This document shows, piece by piece, positions 41,140 through 51,275 of a stretch of 64,000 bases of DNA. Under the pieces are notes generated by a model. The model had not been told where the DNA came from. It saw only the letters and a program-made list of their open reading frames with translations, and did not search any database. Source of the stretch: an uncultured Gemmatimonadales bacterium (lineage in GTDB: Bacteria > Gemmatimonadota > Gemmatimonadetes > Longimicrobiales > RSA9); contig CAWCUS010000004.1 in NCBI GenBank assembly GCA_963798845.1, positions 256,001 to 320,000 of the forward strand, written 5' to 3'. Numbering within the stretch: position 1 is the first letter of the stretch; every line of letters starts with the position of its first letter. The position numbers and the translations under genes were made by a program.

Positions 41140-41288
41140 GAGTTCCTCCCCCGTCCTGTCTCCGTTCCGTTGCGAGCACCGGCGACGGCCGGCGTCGGCT
41201 GCGACTGAGGAACGGTGGCGAACCGGGGTTTGGCAGGCGGTTAGGGGCGCTTAAACGGCCGGGGACGGCGCGCGGGCGTGCAGGCGCT

Positions 41289-41318
41289 CGCTCCGGTTCC
41301 TACTCCCGCCGGGGTCAT
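41289..41318 (+). repeat. Dispersed degenerate copy of the tmRNA-3'-end repeat
   Basis: CGCTCCGGTTCCTACTCCCGCCGG..TCAT versus array unit 4 CGCTCCGGTTCCTACCCCGCCGGTTCAT. Confidence 0.7.
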
Positions 41319-41536
41319 GCCGCGGGTATCCGTGCGCGCCTGGGAGCGACGGACCTGTTCGAGGCGGGCCGGCCACTTTCCGCTTGCCCGTAGGCGGTGT
41401 GCCGCCAGTCCTTGACCCGTTCCAGACGGGCTGGCCATGTCTCGCTCAGATCAGGCTTCGGTCGCGAACTCGAGATCGGCGAGACGCGAGGGTCGGCGAG
41501 CCGCGGGCGGCCCCTCGGGCGGAGAGGGTCGCGCGG

Positions 41537-43576
41537 TCAACGGCTCTGATCCACTGGCGCGTCACCGGGGACCGGGACGTCGGTCCCGTACACCCACTTC
41601 TCGAACCACTGCCAGTTGTGCCAGAGCGCGGCGAGGCGCTCCTTCGGGCGCGGGATGCCGTGGGTGTCCGCCTTGTAGATGATCAGCCGCACCGGCACCC
41701 CCTGGTCCTGCAGCCCCTGGTAGAGCTCGAACGCGTTGGCGACGGGGACGCGGGGGTCTCCGGAGTCGTGCTGGATGAGCGTGGGCGTCGTCGCCTGCCT
41801 GACGTAGGTGATCGGCGACGTCTTCCTGTAGATGTCCGGGTCGTCCCACGGCGTGGCCTTCAGGTACTGGCGCGTGAACGGGTGGATGTCGGTGTTCACG
41901 TAGTAGGTCAGCCAGTCCGAGATGCCGGCGCCCACGGAGATCGCGGCGAAGCGGCGGGTCGTCGTCGTGAGGAACGCGGAGATGTAGCCGCCCTCGCTCC
42001 ACCCCATCGAGCCCATGCGCGTGGTGTCCACGATCCCCTGTGCCACGAGGTGGTCGACGCCGGACAGCACGTCCCACGCGTCGCCGACCCCGAGGTTGCG
42101 GACGTTCAGCGCGCGGAACGCGGCGCCGTACCCGGCGGAACCGCGGTAGTTCGGCCGGAGGATCAGCGCGCCCCGGGCGAGCCACTGCAGCGTGGGATAG
42201 ACGTACCCCGTCAGCGGCTCCGGGTAGTCGTGGCCCGTGGGTCCCCCGTGGATCACCACGAAGAGCGGGTACTTCCGCTGCGGATCGAAGCCGGGAGGCG
42301 TGTGCAGCACGCCCTCGATCGTCGCGCCGTCCCCGCTCTTCCACGAGATCATCTCCGCCTTGCCGACGGCCCACCCCTCGATCTGCGACGTCATCGTCGT
42401 CACTGCCGTCGGGTCCAGACGCGACGCCGGCGAGCGGTAGATCTCGGGCAGGCTCGTCGCGGTCTGGCCGAGCAGCGCGATGGTGCCTCCGTCCGCCGAG
42501 ACGTCGTAGGAGAGGATCACGGGCGGCCCGCCGGGCAGCACGGTGGCGCGTCCGCTGGACGGGTCGATGCGGACCAGCCGCCGGCTGTCTCCGCCCTGCC
42601 ACGCGATGCCGTACAGACCGCCCCTCGTCCACGAGAGTCGGCCGATGTCCTCGTCGAAGTCGGGGGCGAGCCGCGTGGCCCCGCCGCCGCCGGGCGCGAC
42701 GCGGTACAGCTGCTCGTTGGCGTAGTAGTTCGACGTCGTGTCCCCCGCGTTCGAGCGGTACAGGATCCACTTCCCGTCGGGCGACCAGAGCTCCAGCTCG
42801 TCCCCGCCCGGCGCAGTCACCACCGGCGAGGCTGCCTTCGTGGCGACGTCCAGGAGGTAGATGTCGGCGCTCGGCCAGGAGTTGATGAGCGGATCACCCC
42901 GCCTCCCGAACGCGATGCGCCGGCCGTCCGGTGACCACTCGAAGGACGTGACCGTGAAATCGTCGCCCTCCGTGAGACGCCGGGCCTCGACGGGCGATCC
43001 GGGCGAGACGTCGACGATCCACAGGTGCGCCTGCCGGTACTCGTGGTCCTCGACGCTGAAGTCGCCGAGCTTCTCGGTCCGTTCCGCGTGGGCTTTCGAC
43101 TCGGGGTCCTGCGCCCGGAACGCGATGCGCTTCCCGTCCGGTGACCAGCGGAATGCCTGCACGGCGTCCTCGTGCTGCGTCACCGGCAGCGCCTCGCCGC
43201 CCTCGGCCCGCATGGCCCAGACCTGCTGCTTCCCGTCCCGCCCGGCCAGGAACGCGATCCACGCGCCGTCCGGGGACCACGCCGGCGCCTCGCTGCTGCC
43301 GTCCGGCGTGTTCGTCAGCTGGAACGGCGCCTCCCCCTGACGGGCCAGCCAGAGCTCCGTGTCGAAGCGGTTGGCCTTCCAGTCGGCGCTCCGCACCGGG
43401 TACACGATGGAGCGGCCGTCGGGCGAGACCACCGGCGAGCCGGCCTGGCGCAGGGAGACGGTCTGCTCGAAGGACGGGCCCGGGATCGAGTCCTGGGCGC
43501 GCAGCGGCGAGGCCGCGGCGGTGCCGAGGAACGCGACGAGCGAGGCGAGAGACAGCGCGCAGCGATGCAGAGTCAT
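41537..43576 (-). CDS. S9-family (prolyl oligo/acylaminoacyl) peptidase, exported
   Basis: Signal peptide; WSPDG propeller; IHGGP, PNYRGSAGYG, GWSEGG, D(PRVP), H(GIPRP). Confidence 0.93.
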   Translation of the reverse strand: MTLHRCALSLASLVAFLGTAAASPLRAQDSIPGPSFEQTVSLRQAGSPVVSPDGRSIVYPVRSADWKANRFDTELWLARQGEAPFQLTNTPDGSSEAPAWSPDGAWIAFLAGRDGKQQVWAMRAEGGEALPVTQHEDAVQAFRWSPDGKRIAFRAQDPESKAHAERTEKLGDFSVEDHEYRQAHLWIVDVSPGSPVEARRLTEGDDFTVTSFEWSPDGRRIAFGRRGDPLINSWPSADIYLLDVATKAASPVVTAPGGDELELWSPDGKWILYRSNAGDTTSNYYANEQLYRVAPGGGGATRLAPDFDEDIGRLSWTRGGLYGIAWQGGDSRRLVRIDPSSGRATVLPGGPPVILSYDVSADGGTIALLGQTATSLPEIYRSPASRLDPTAVTTMTSQIEGWAVGKAEMISWKSGDGATIEGVLHTPPGFDPQRKYPLFVVIHGGPTGHDYPEPLTGYVYPTLQWLARGALILRPNYRGSAGYGAAFRALNVRNLGVGDAWDVLSGVDHLVAQGIVDTTRMGSMGWSEGGYISAFLTTTTRRFAAISVGAGISDWLTYYVNTDIHPFTRQYLKATPWDDPDIYRKTSPITYVRQATTPTLIQHDSGDPRVPVANAFELYQGLQDQGVPVRLIIYKADTHGIPRPKERLAALWHNWQWFEKWVYGTDVPVPGDAPVDQSR

Positions 43577-45390
43577 GGTCGGCGTCCGGAATCGGGGATC
43601 GGATCGGGCCAGGATGCGCCGCCGTCGCCCCCTCTCGCCTCCACCGCCGCGCGCCGCAGTCCCGTGAAGAACCGCCGCGCGTTCACCCCCAGTGTCCGCG
43701 TCCTGTACCCGCCCTCCTGGACCACCAGCGTGGGCAGCCCGAGCGCGCCGATCATCCCGCCGTTCCTCTCGAAGTCCTCCGCCGTGAGGGACCAGGTGCC
43801 GGTCGGGTCGTTCCTCGCCGGGTCCAGCCCCAGCGCGACGACGAGGAAGCGGGGGTCGAACGCCTGCACGCGCGCGAGCGCCGTGCCGAGCGCTTTCGCG
43901 TAGCGGTCTCCATCGACGCGCTCGGGGAGCGCGAAGTTCACGTTCATGCCTTTCCCCGCTCCTTCTCCGACCTCGTCCTGGAAGCCGGAGAAGTACGGGT
44001 AGGCGAAGCGCGGGTGGCCGTGGATGGAGACGGTCAGCACGTCTCCGCGCCGCCAGAAGATGTCCTGCTGACCGTTGCCGTGGTGGTAGTCGACGTCGAG
44101 GATCGCCACGGTGCCGTGCTCGGCCAGCAGCTCCGCGCCCACCGCGGCGCTGTTGAAGTAGCAGAACCCGCCGAACGAGCGGTGCTCGGCGTGGTGGCCG
44201 GGCGGGCGCACGAGCGCGTAGGCCAGCCATGCGCCGTCGAGCACCTCGTCCGCGGCGGTGAGGGCGCAGTCCACGGCGCGGCGGGCGGCCAGGTACGCGT
44301 TGCGGTTGAGCGGCGTGAACGTGTCGATGCAGTAGTAGCCGGCGCGCGTGGCCAGGTCCTCGGGCGGGCGCGTGGCGTTCCGGATCGGGAAGACGTACGG
44401 GTACACCGACTTCCCTTCCGGCGTCTCCGCGCACACGCGCTCGAGGTAGCGGACGAAGCCGGCATCGTGGACCCGTGTGATGCGCGCGTCCGGGAACGGC
44501 CGCGGCTCGACGCGGCGGAACGCCCCCGTCGGCTCCAGCTCCTTCAGGATCGCGGGGATCCGCACCGGCGCCTCCACGTAGCCGCGCTCGCGGACGTGGT
44601 GGATCTCGTGCCCCTCGTTCACGACCAGCGCGACGACGTGGGGTCCGCCGGCGACCCGCCCGCCCGCCGCCTCCCGGGGGGCTGCTGCGTCGCCGGCGGG
44701 CTTCGGCCGCGGGGGGACCAGCGGCTCGAGGCGCACCGGTTCGTCCGTGAACGAGGCGACGACGCGCTCCACGTACTCCGCCGGGCAGTAGCCGCCATAG
44801 CGGCGCTCCAGGATGGCGCGCGCGATCGCCGCGCCCTCGTCGCGTGACAGCCGCCGATCACGACCCAGGGCGTCGTACAGCAGCAGCGGCGCCTCCGAGT
44901 CCGAGCCCACCGGGGTCTCCCACGCCGTCCCGGCTACGCGCTGGACGCCCCACTGCGCGTAGAAGCGGAGGCGGGCGCGGTTGGCGCGGCGCGCGTCCTC
45001 CGCGAGCTCCGGATCGTCGGCGGGCATCACCTCCATGAAGACGCCTGCGCAGCCGAGCGCCGCCGCCTCCTCGCGCACCCGCTCGTACAGCGCCCCGCCC
45101 ACGCCGCCGGTCTCGCCACGCGCCGCCGCGATGAAGTCGAGGAACGCGAAGCGGAGGTCGGGCGCGTGCCGCACCAGGGCGAAGCCGCGCGTGCGTCCCG
45201 CGCTCGTCTGCGCCACGAAAAGAAGCGTCCGGAAATCGGAGCGCGCCGCGTGCCGCAGCTCGTCCGGCATCGCCCGCACCAGCCGGTCCGCCACGCCACG
45301 GAAGCGGGCCCGCAGGATCGCCTGCGCCGCCTCCACCGCCGCGGCGTCTTCGGCGGCCCGGGTGTCGTAGATGCGGCGGATTCTGAGCAC
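43573..45390 (-). CDS. GNAT-like domain fused to an HDAC-family (acetylpolyamine amidohydrolase-like) deacetylase
   Basis: FLDFIA..GGVGGALYERVRE..ARLRFY; RPPGHHA, GFCYFN, DVDYHHGNG, QEGGY; GTG start inferred. Confidence 0.9.
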   Translation of the reverse strand: MLRIRRIYDTRAAEDAAAVEAAQAILRARFRGVADRLVRAMPDELRHAARSDFRTLLFVAQTSAGRTRGFALVRHAPDLRFAFLDFIAAARGETGGVGGALYERVREEAAALGCAGVFMEVMPADDPELAEDARRANRARLRFYAQWGVQRVAGTAWETPVGSDSEAPLLLYDALGRDRRLSRDEGAAIARAILERRYGGYCPAEYVERVVASFTDEPVRLEPLVPPRPKPAGDAAAPREAAGGRVAGGPHVVALVVNEGHEIHHVRERGYVEAPVRIPAILKELEPTGAFRRVEPRPFPDARITRVHDAGFVRYLERVCAETPEGKSVYPYVFPIRNATRPPEDLATRAGYYCIDTFTPLNRNAYLAARRAVDCALTAADEVLDGAWLAYALVRPPGHHAEHRSFGGFCYFNSAAVGAELLAEHGTVAILDVDYHHGNGQQDIFWRRGDVLTVSIHGHPRFAYPYFSGFQDEVGEGAGKGMNVNFALPERVDGDRYAKALGTALARVQAFDPRFLVVALGLDPARNDPTGTWSLTAEDFERNGGMIGALGLPTLVVQEGGYRTRTLGVNARRFFTGLRRAAVEARGGDGGASWPDPIPDSGRRP

Positions 45391-45588
45391 TAGCCAGGTC
45401 CGGGGTCGAGGGCTTCGGCGCCAGGCGGACCATCCGCGCGCCGGCGCCCCTCCTGGCGAGGAAAGGTAAGCGCAGGACGGGTGGTGCGCCCGCACGCCCT
45501 CCTCGGCATCACCGGCCTCGCCGCGCGCCGACGGCGCGCCCTCACCCCCTGCGACCAGGGCCTGGCTCCGGCCCCGGCCGCCGGCGTG

Positions 45589-48192
45589 TCAGCGAGCCGG
45601 GGGGATGGTGGCCAGGCGCGGGGCGGGGTGGCCGGGCACGACCCGGAGGGTGAGCGACGCCGGCTCCAGGCCGTCGGCCCGGGCGCTCACGCGCACCTCC
45701 CCGGTGGCGTCGCCCGACTGCACCATGGCCAGGAGCAGGCCTGAGTAAGCGCGCCGCGAGGACGTGAAATAGGGCGAGTGGTCCGTCAGGTTGCCATTGC
45801 CGAGCGTGAGCAGATCGGCGGCGCCCTCCACGGCCACCTCCACGCGCGTGTCGGCGTCGGGAACCACGGTCCCGGCGCTGTCCACCACCTCGATCCGCAC
45901 GTGGGCGATGTCCCGTTCCCCCGCCCGGATCCGGTCCCGGTCCACGCTCAGGCGGAGCGCGGCCGGGGCGCCGGCGGTCCGCACCTCCTCGGTCACCACC
46001 ACCTGACCGTCGCGCTTGCCCACCGCGCGCAGCACGCCGGGCTCGTACGGCACGTCCCAGGCGAGGTGGAGGTCGGCGGTGGTGGGGTGGACCTGCGGCC
46101 GATCGTAGTGGTTCCAGTCCCCGGACGTGCCCTGGCGAGGGAACTCGCGGCGCTTCTCCCCGATGAACCGGCCGTTCAGGTACAGGTCCACCGCGTCCAC
46201 GTTGGTGTACGCCAGCACGGGAATGACCTGGCCTTCCCGTCCCGGCCAGTTCCAGTGAGGGAACAGGCGGAGCATGGGCGCCGCGGTCCACACGCTCTGG
46301 TAGAAGTAGTAGCCGTCGTCGGGGAATCCCACGAGGTCGAGCTGCCCGCTCGGCGCACCGCGGCCCGGCCAGAACGTCTCGCCCAGGTAGTCGATGCCGG
46401 TCCACATGAAGTCGCCGGCGAAGAAGTCGTGGAGCGCCACCCACTTCCAGAGCTGCTCCGCCCGGATCATGGACGTCGGGTAGTCGGCCTCGACGCGGGC
46501 GGAGTCGTTGCCCAGCGAGTACGCCCCGCGCCTCCCCCGGACCGCCGCGTCCTCGGTGCCGATGAACTTCCAGTCCGGGTGCGCGTGGCGGTCGGCGGTG
46601 TTGTACAGCTCCCGCCGTTCGTGCCACCGGTCCACGTAGTTGTAGCCGACCACGTCAAGCAGCGAGAGGAACGCGTCCGTCGTGGCGCCATTGTCGGCCG
46701 CGATGTGGTCGTTTCCCGTGGTGACGAGACGCGACGGGTCCTCCCGGCGCGACACCGCCTTCAACGCCCGAAGCACCGAATCCCCGCCGGGCGAGAACTG
46801 CTCGCCGATTTCGTTCCCCAGGCTCCAGATCACCACCGACGGGTGGTTGCGGTCGCGGCGGATGAAGTCCGCCAGGTCCCGCTCGCCCCAGTCGTCGAAA
46901 TAGAGGTGGTAGCCGAACTCGCGCTTCCCGATCGTCCATTCGTCGAACGCCTCGTCCATGATCAGCAGGCCCATCCGGTCGGCCAGCTCCATGAACTCCG
47001 GCGACGGCGGGTTGTGCGCGGTCCGGATGGCGTTCACGCCCATGGCCTGGAGCAGTCGGAATCGTCTCGCCCACACCGCTTCCGGCACCGCCGCCCCCAC
47101 CGGGCCGCCGTCCTGGTGCAGGTTCACGCCGCGCAGCTTCACCCGCTGGCCGTTCAGCAGGAAACCGCGGTCCGGGTCGAACGCGATTCGCCGGATCCCG
47201 AACGGCTCCTCCGTGACATCGGCCACGGGCCCGTATTCCGGCGAGACGGTGGTCCGGAGCGTGTACAGCGTGGGCGTGTCCGTGGACCAGAGCCGCGGCG
47301 CGTCCACCCGCACGTCCTGCTCGAGCTGCGACGTGGCGCCCGCGTCCACCTGGAACGGCGCTTCGGCCCGAGCCACTTCCCGCCCGCCCGAGTCCAGCAC
47401 CGCGAGCCGCACGATTCCGCGCCGCGCGCCGGGTCCTTCGTTCCGCAGCGACGTGCGCACGCGCACGCGCGCGGCCGCCGAGTCAACGTCCGGCGTGGTG
47501 ATGTACGTGCCCCACCGCGCCACGTGCAGCGGCCCCGTGACCGTGAGCCAGACGTGGCGGTAGATCCCGCTCCCCGTGTACCAGCGGCTGTTCGGCTGTC
47601 TCGAGTTGTCCACCCGAACCGCGACGACGTTCTCGCCCGGGCCCAGGTACGGCGTCAGGTCGTAGCCGAAGCCGATGTAGCCGTACGGCCGATGGCCGAG
47701 GTGGTGCCCGTTGATCCACACGTCGCTGTTCTGGTACACGCCCTCGAAATCGATCCGGACCCGTCGCTCGGCTGCTCCGCTCCCGGACCCCGCGGCCGCG
47801 GCGCCGGGGGCCTGGAACGTCCGGCGGTACCAGCCGACCCCCGTCTGCGCGTAGCCCCCGCTCCCGCCGCTGGGCGCGTCCTGCTGGACCGGCAGCTCGA
47901 TGCTCCAGTCGTGGGGGAGGTCCAGGCGCCGCCAGGCGGCGTCGTCGAACTCCGGCCGCTCCGCGCCCGCGGGATCGCCCAGGAGGAAGGTCCACCCGTA
48001 GTCCATGAGGAACCGCTGGCGAGGCGACGCCGGGCCCGCCTGGGCCACCGCGGGGGCGGCCAGGAGCAGCAGCACCAAGGCCCCGGCCGCGCGGGTCCGC
48101 GCAGTCGAGGAGAGGGGGAAGCGTGTGGCGAGTCGAATGGTGGTCCTCCGGCGCTGGGGGTCCGGCCCGGGCTGGAGCGAGGAGGACCTCGC
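45589..48192 (-). CDS. Glycoside hydrolase family 2 (beta-galactosidase-like, DUF4982); start uncertain
   Basis: LPHDWSIE, FEGVY, NSRWYTGSGIYR, NAIRTAHNP, WSLGNE, WTGIDYLGE. Confidence 0.93.
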   Translation of the reverse strand, partial: ARSSSLQPGPDPQRRRTTIRLATRFPLSSTARTRAAGALVLLLLAAPAVAQAGPASPRQRFLMDYGWTFLLGDPAGAERPEFDDAAWRRLDLPHDWSIELPVQQDAPSGGSGGYAQTGVGWYRRTFQAPGAAAAGSGSGAAERRVRIDFEGVYQNSDVWINGHHLGHRPYGYIGFGYDLTPYLGPGENVVAVRVDNSRQPNSRWYTGSGIYRHVWLTVTGPLHVARWGTYITTPDVDSAAARVRVRTSLRNEGPGARRGIVRLAVLDSGGREVARAEAPFQVDAGATSQLEQDVRVDAPRLWSTDTPTLYTLRTTVSPEYGPVADVTEEPFGIRRIAFDPDRGFLLNGQRVKLRGVNLHQDGGPVGAAVPEAVWARRFRLLQAMGVNAIRTAHNPPSPEFMELADRMGLLIMDEAFDEWTIGKREFGYHLYFDDWGERDLADFIRRDRNHPSVVIWSLGNEIGEQFSPGGDSVLRALKAVSRREDPSRLVTTGNDHIAADNGATTDAFLSLLDVVGYNYVDRWHERRELYNTADRHAHPDWKFIGTEDAAVRGRRGAYSLGNDSARVEADYPTSMIRAEQLWKWVALHDFFAGDFMWTGIDYLGETFWPGRGAPSGQLDLVGFPDDGYYFYQSVWTAAPMLRLFPHWNWPGREGQVIPVLAYTNVDAVDLYLNGRFIGEKRREFPRQGTSGDWNHYDRPQVHPTTADLHLAWDVPYEPGVLRAVGKRDGQVVVTEEVRTAGAPAALRLSVDRDRIRAGERDIAHVRIEVVDSAGTVVPDADTRVEVAVEGAADLLTLGNGNLTDHSPYFTSSRRAYSGLLLAMVQSGDATGEVRVSARADGLEPASLTLRVVPGHPAPRLATIPPAR

Positions 48193-48250
48193 CATCACCA
48201 ACTCAGACCTCACGTGAAGATCGGATCAGCTTCGGGGGGGCACCTCAACG

Positions 48251-50971
48251 CTAGCTCCCCACCTTCTCCTTCAGCTCACGGAAGAAATTCTCCACCACCA
48301 CCAGGTCGTGGCGCTGGTCCGGGTTCTCCCCCGTGAGCTGAATCATGATGAAGCGCTGTCCGCCGGGTGCCACATCCCATTCCGCATAGTTTCCCGAAAG
48401 CAGATGACGGTCAGTGGTATTGAACAGAGGCGTGTGCCTTACCACGCGAAAGCCAGGGGCCGTTTCCACCTGCGCGGACACCATCATCCCACTGGCGTCC
48501 ACATAGAAGAGCTCACGTCCGTCGTGCCCCCAGCGCGGACTGCTCCCGCCGTTGGTGGAAACCTGCCATCTCCCGCGGCTCGCATCGCCGAAGGGGCTTA
48601 CGTATACCTCCGTTTCCCCAGTCCTGGTGATGGACTCGTACGCTACCCACCGGCCATCGTCGGAGAGGTCCAGGGCGACTTCGTCGTCCAGACTGCCGGC
48701 GACGGGCGTCTCGAGCGTATCGCCGCCGGTCACGGCTACCAGATCGCGTGAATCTCCGTGATCGACGCCCACGAGGAATCGGTGTTGCCCGGGCGCAGCC
48801 TCGAACTCCTCTATGTCCGTCGGGAGGTCCAGGACCATCTCGGCCTCTCCGCTTCCGTCCGCCGCGCGGGACCAAACGTCGTCGTGTCCATTCCGATTCG
48901 AGATGAAGTAGATGTGCTTCCCGTCGGGCGCCCAGCGGGGATCGCGGTCCACGGCCGTGTCGAAGGTCAGGCGAGAAGGAGCTCCTCCGCCCAACATCTT
49001 CACCCAGATATCCTCGCCCGCTTCTGTCTGCATGAACAAGGCGAGGCTCTTCCCGTCCGGGGAGAGGGAGAGCGCCGGGGTCGGGAACGGCATATAGCTC
49101 CAGGCCGAGTCGACGGGCGTGATTCCGCCGTCCCGCCCCACCCACACGACCCGCCCGACCCCATTGGCGCCGCCGCCCGTCCGGTACACGAGGGTTCCGT
49201 CGTCGGCCAGCGAAAGGTCCACCGAGCCGAACAGGCCGACGGTAACGCCCCGCGCGAGCCTGACCGGCGGCCCCGTCAGCTGCATCGCGTCGGGGTCGAA
49301 GGGCGCCCCCATGAGGGCTCCGCTCGACGTCACATAGAGCAGGTGCCCGGACGGCGCATACCGGCCGAAGACCCCCCGCACGAGGACACGATGTGTGCCA
49401 GCTGCAAGATCGGCCACCGCCACATCGTACTCCGACACGTCCGCCGGTGACGTGTGCGTCGCGGTGAACAACATCCGGTTGCCACCCGGAAGCAGCTCGG
49501 GCCATTCATGGAAGGTCTCCTGCCTCTCCGCGTCAATGCTCGTCACCTGTTCGGGAGCGCCGCCCGACGCCGGCACGCGCAGGATGCCCCATGGTCCGCC
49601 GGTGGGAGCGACCCCCTCGTAATAGAGATTCCCATCGCCGCCCCACGAGACGGCATCGCCGCCGACGCCCCTCTCCGCGACGATCACCGGGGGGTCGCCA
49701 GTGAGGGACGACACCTTGATCTTGAAGGGCCCCGCACCAAGAGGCCTGCCGACGAGGAAGGCGATCCGGGAGCCGTCGGGCGAGAAGGACGGCCCGTGTC
49801 CGTCCTCGGTACCGGGCAGGGGAGTGGGGTCGAGCTCGTCGCGCCTCTTGAGCCAGAGCTGAGACCGGCCGCTGATCCCGGGTCCAGGTCCCACGTAGAC
49901 CAGCCTCGACCCATCCGGGGATACGGCGAGATTCGAGCCGTGGACCTGGCCGATATCGTGACCGTCCGGCAGTCGCAGTGAATACCGCGCCACCGGGCGG
50001 GGCGGTCCGTTCTTCAGGATCACCCACCCCGCCAGGGCCGCCACGAGAGTCGCGACGGCCACGGCTCCCACCGTTATGCGCCGCCAGCGGCCCTCTTGCG
50101 CCGCCGCCCGGACGTCCTCGTCGGGGCCGTAGCGGAACGCTCGATCACCGAGGGCCCTGGCGAAACCCCTGGCGGAGGAGAAGCGATCTGCGGGCAGCCT
50201 CTCCAGCGCCTTCCGCAGTGCGGCATCGACGTTGGCCGGTACGAGCGGCCGCACATCCCTGGGCCGCCTGAAGCTCCCCGATATGATCCTGCCGAGCATC
50301 GCCTGCGCCACCGTGCCCGCAAACGGTGGCTCGCCCACCAGCATCTCGTAGAGTACGCAGGCCAGCGCGTATACGTCGCTCGCCGGGCCGGTTACATGGT
50401 CGCCCGTCGCCTGTTCGGGGCTCATGTAGAACGGTGTGCCTACGCGGATGCCCGTCTCCGTGAGGCGGTCGCCGCCCGCCGTGCCCACGGCCAGCGCGAT
50501 GCCGAAGTCGGCGACGAGCGGCTGGCCGTCCTGCAGCAGGATGTTGGCGGGCTTGATGTCGCGATGGATCACGCCCCGGGCGTGCGCGTGCTCCAGTGCG
50601 CCGGCTACCGCCACCGCGATCCGTACCGCCTCCTCCACCGGAAGCTGGCGTTCACGGTCCAGGCGGTCCCGAAGCGACTCGCCTTCCACCCTCGGCATCG
50701 CGTAGTAGAGCAGGCCGTCGGCCTCTCCGGAGTCGTGGAGCGGAAGAATGTGGGGGTGGTTCAGGTTGGCCGTGGTTTCGATCTCGGCGAGGAACCGGGC
50801 AGAGCCCACGACTGCGGCAAGGTCGGGCTTGAGGATCTTGAGGGCCACCTTGCGGCGATGCTTGAGGTCCTCGGCCAGGTAGACCGTGGCCATGCCGCCT
50901 TCGCCGAGCAGGCGTTCAATGCGATAACGATCCGAGAGGGCGGCGTTGATTCTGTCAATGGATTCGGGCAT
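48251..50971 (-). CDS. Hanks-type Ser/Thr kinase with TM segment and TolB-like propeller
   Basis: GEGGMATVY, HRDIKPANILL, DFGIA, GTPFYMSPEQ; SPDG repeats. Confidence 0.95.
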   Translation of the reverse strand: MPESIDRINAALSDRYRIERLLGEGGMATVYLAEDLKHRRKVALKILKPDLAAVVGSARFLAEIETTANLNHPHILPLHDSGEADGLLYYAMPRVEGESLRDRLDRERQLPVEEAVRIAVAVAGALEHAHARGVIHRDIKPANILLQDGQPLVADFGIALAVGTAGGDRLTETGIRVGTPFYMSPEQATGDHVTGPASDVYALACVLYEMLVGEPPFAGTVAQAMLGRIISGSFRRPRDVRPLVPANVDAALRKALERLPADRFSSARGFARALGDRAFRYGPDEDVRAAAQEGRWRRITVGAVAVATLVAALAGWVILKNGPPRPVARYSLRLPDGHDIGQVHGSNLAVSPDGSRLVYVGPGPGISGRSQLWLKRRDELDPTPLPGTEDGHGPSFSPDGSRIAFLVGRPLGAGPFKIKVSSLTGDPPVIVAERGVGGDAVSWGGDGNLYYEGVAPTGGPWGILRVPASGGAPEQVTSIDAERQETFHEWPELLPGGNRMLFTATHTSPADVSEYDVAVADLAAGTHRVLVRGVFGRYAPSGHLLYVTSSGALMGAPFDPDAMQLTGPPVRLARGVTVGLFGSVDLSLADDGTLVYRTGGGANGVGRVVWVGRDGGITPVDSAWSYMPFPTPALSLSPDGKSLALFMQTEAGEDIWVKMLGGGAPSRLTFDTAVDRDPRWAPDGKHIYFISNRNGHDDVWSRAADGSGEAEMVLDLPTDIEEFEAAPGQHRFLVGVDHGDSRDLVAVTGGDTLETPVAGSLDDEVALDLSDDGRWVAYESITRTGETEVYVSPFGDASRGRWQVSTNGGSSPRWGHDGRELFYVDASGMMVSAQVETAPGFRVVRHTPLFNTTDRHLLSGNYAEWDVAPGGQRFIMIQLTGENPDQRHDLVVVENFFRELKEKVGS

Positions 50972-51275
50972 CGTATTGCCCTCCCCAGCAGGCAGGAATT
51001 GGCCTGTGCGCAGGCGGGCAGGCCCACATTGTAGAGGTCTGCGCACCCAGCAGGTTCAGCCGGCGGTTCGAAGTGGCGACGAGCCGCGCGCTCCTGGCGA
51101 ACGCACGATTCCAGAGGCGTACCTGAGCAGTCGAGGGGCGGCCTGGCCAACGACAGGAAATCCAAATGCCGTTTCGACTGCTTTCGGCAGGATGGTCAGG
51201 TGCTATCGGCGGGTCAAGAGCCCGACAAGCCCTGCTGGCCCCCGGCAGGGCGAGCGTGCGCCCGGGCGGGCGGTC

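Noticed and set aside
45778..48336. Long antisense or alternate-frame ORFs (also 817-2472, 57761-60709, 37136-39400 and others)
   Set aside because: Shadow ORFs typical of high-GC DNA, lying opposite well-supported genes; R/P/G-rich with no motifs
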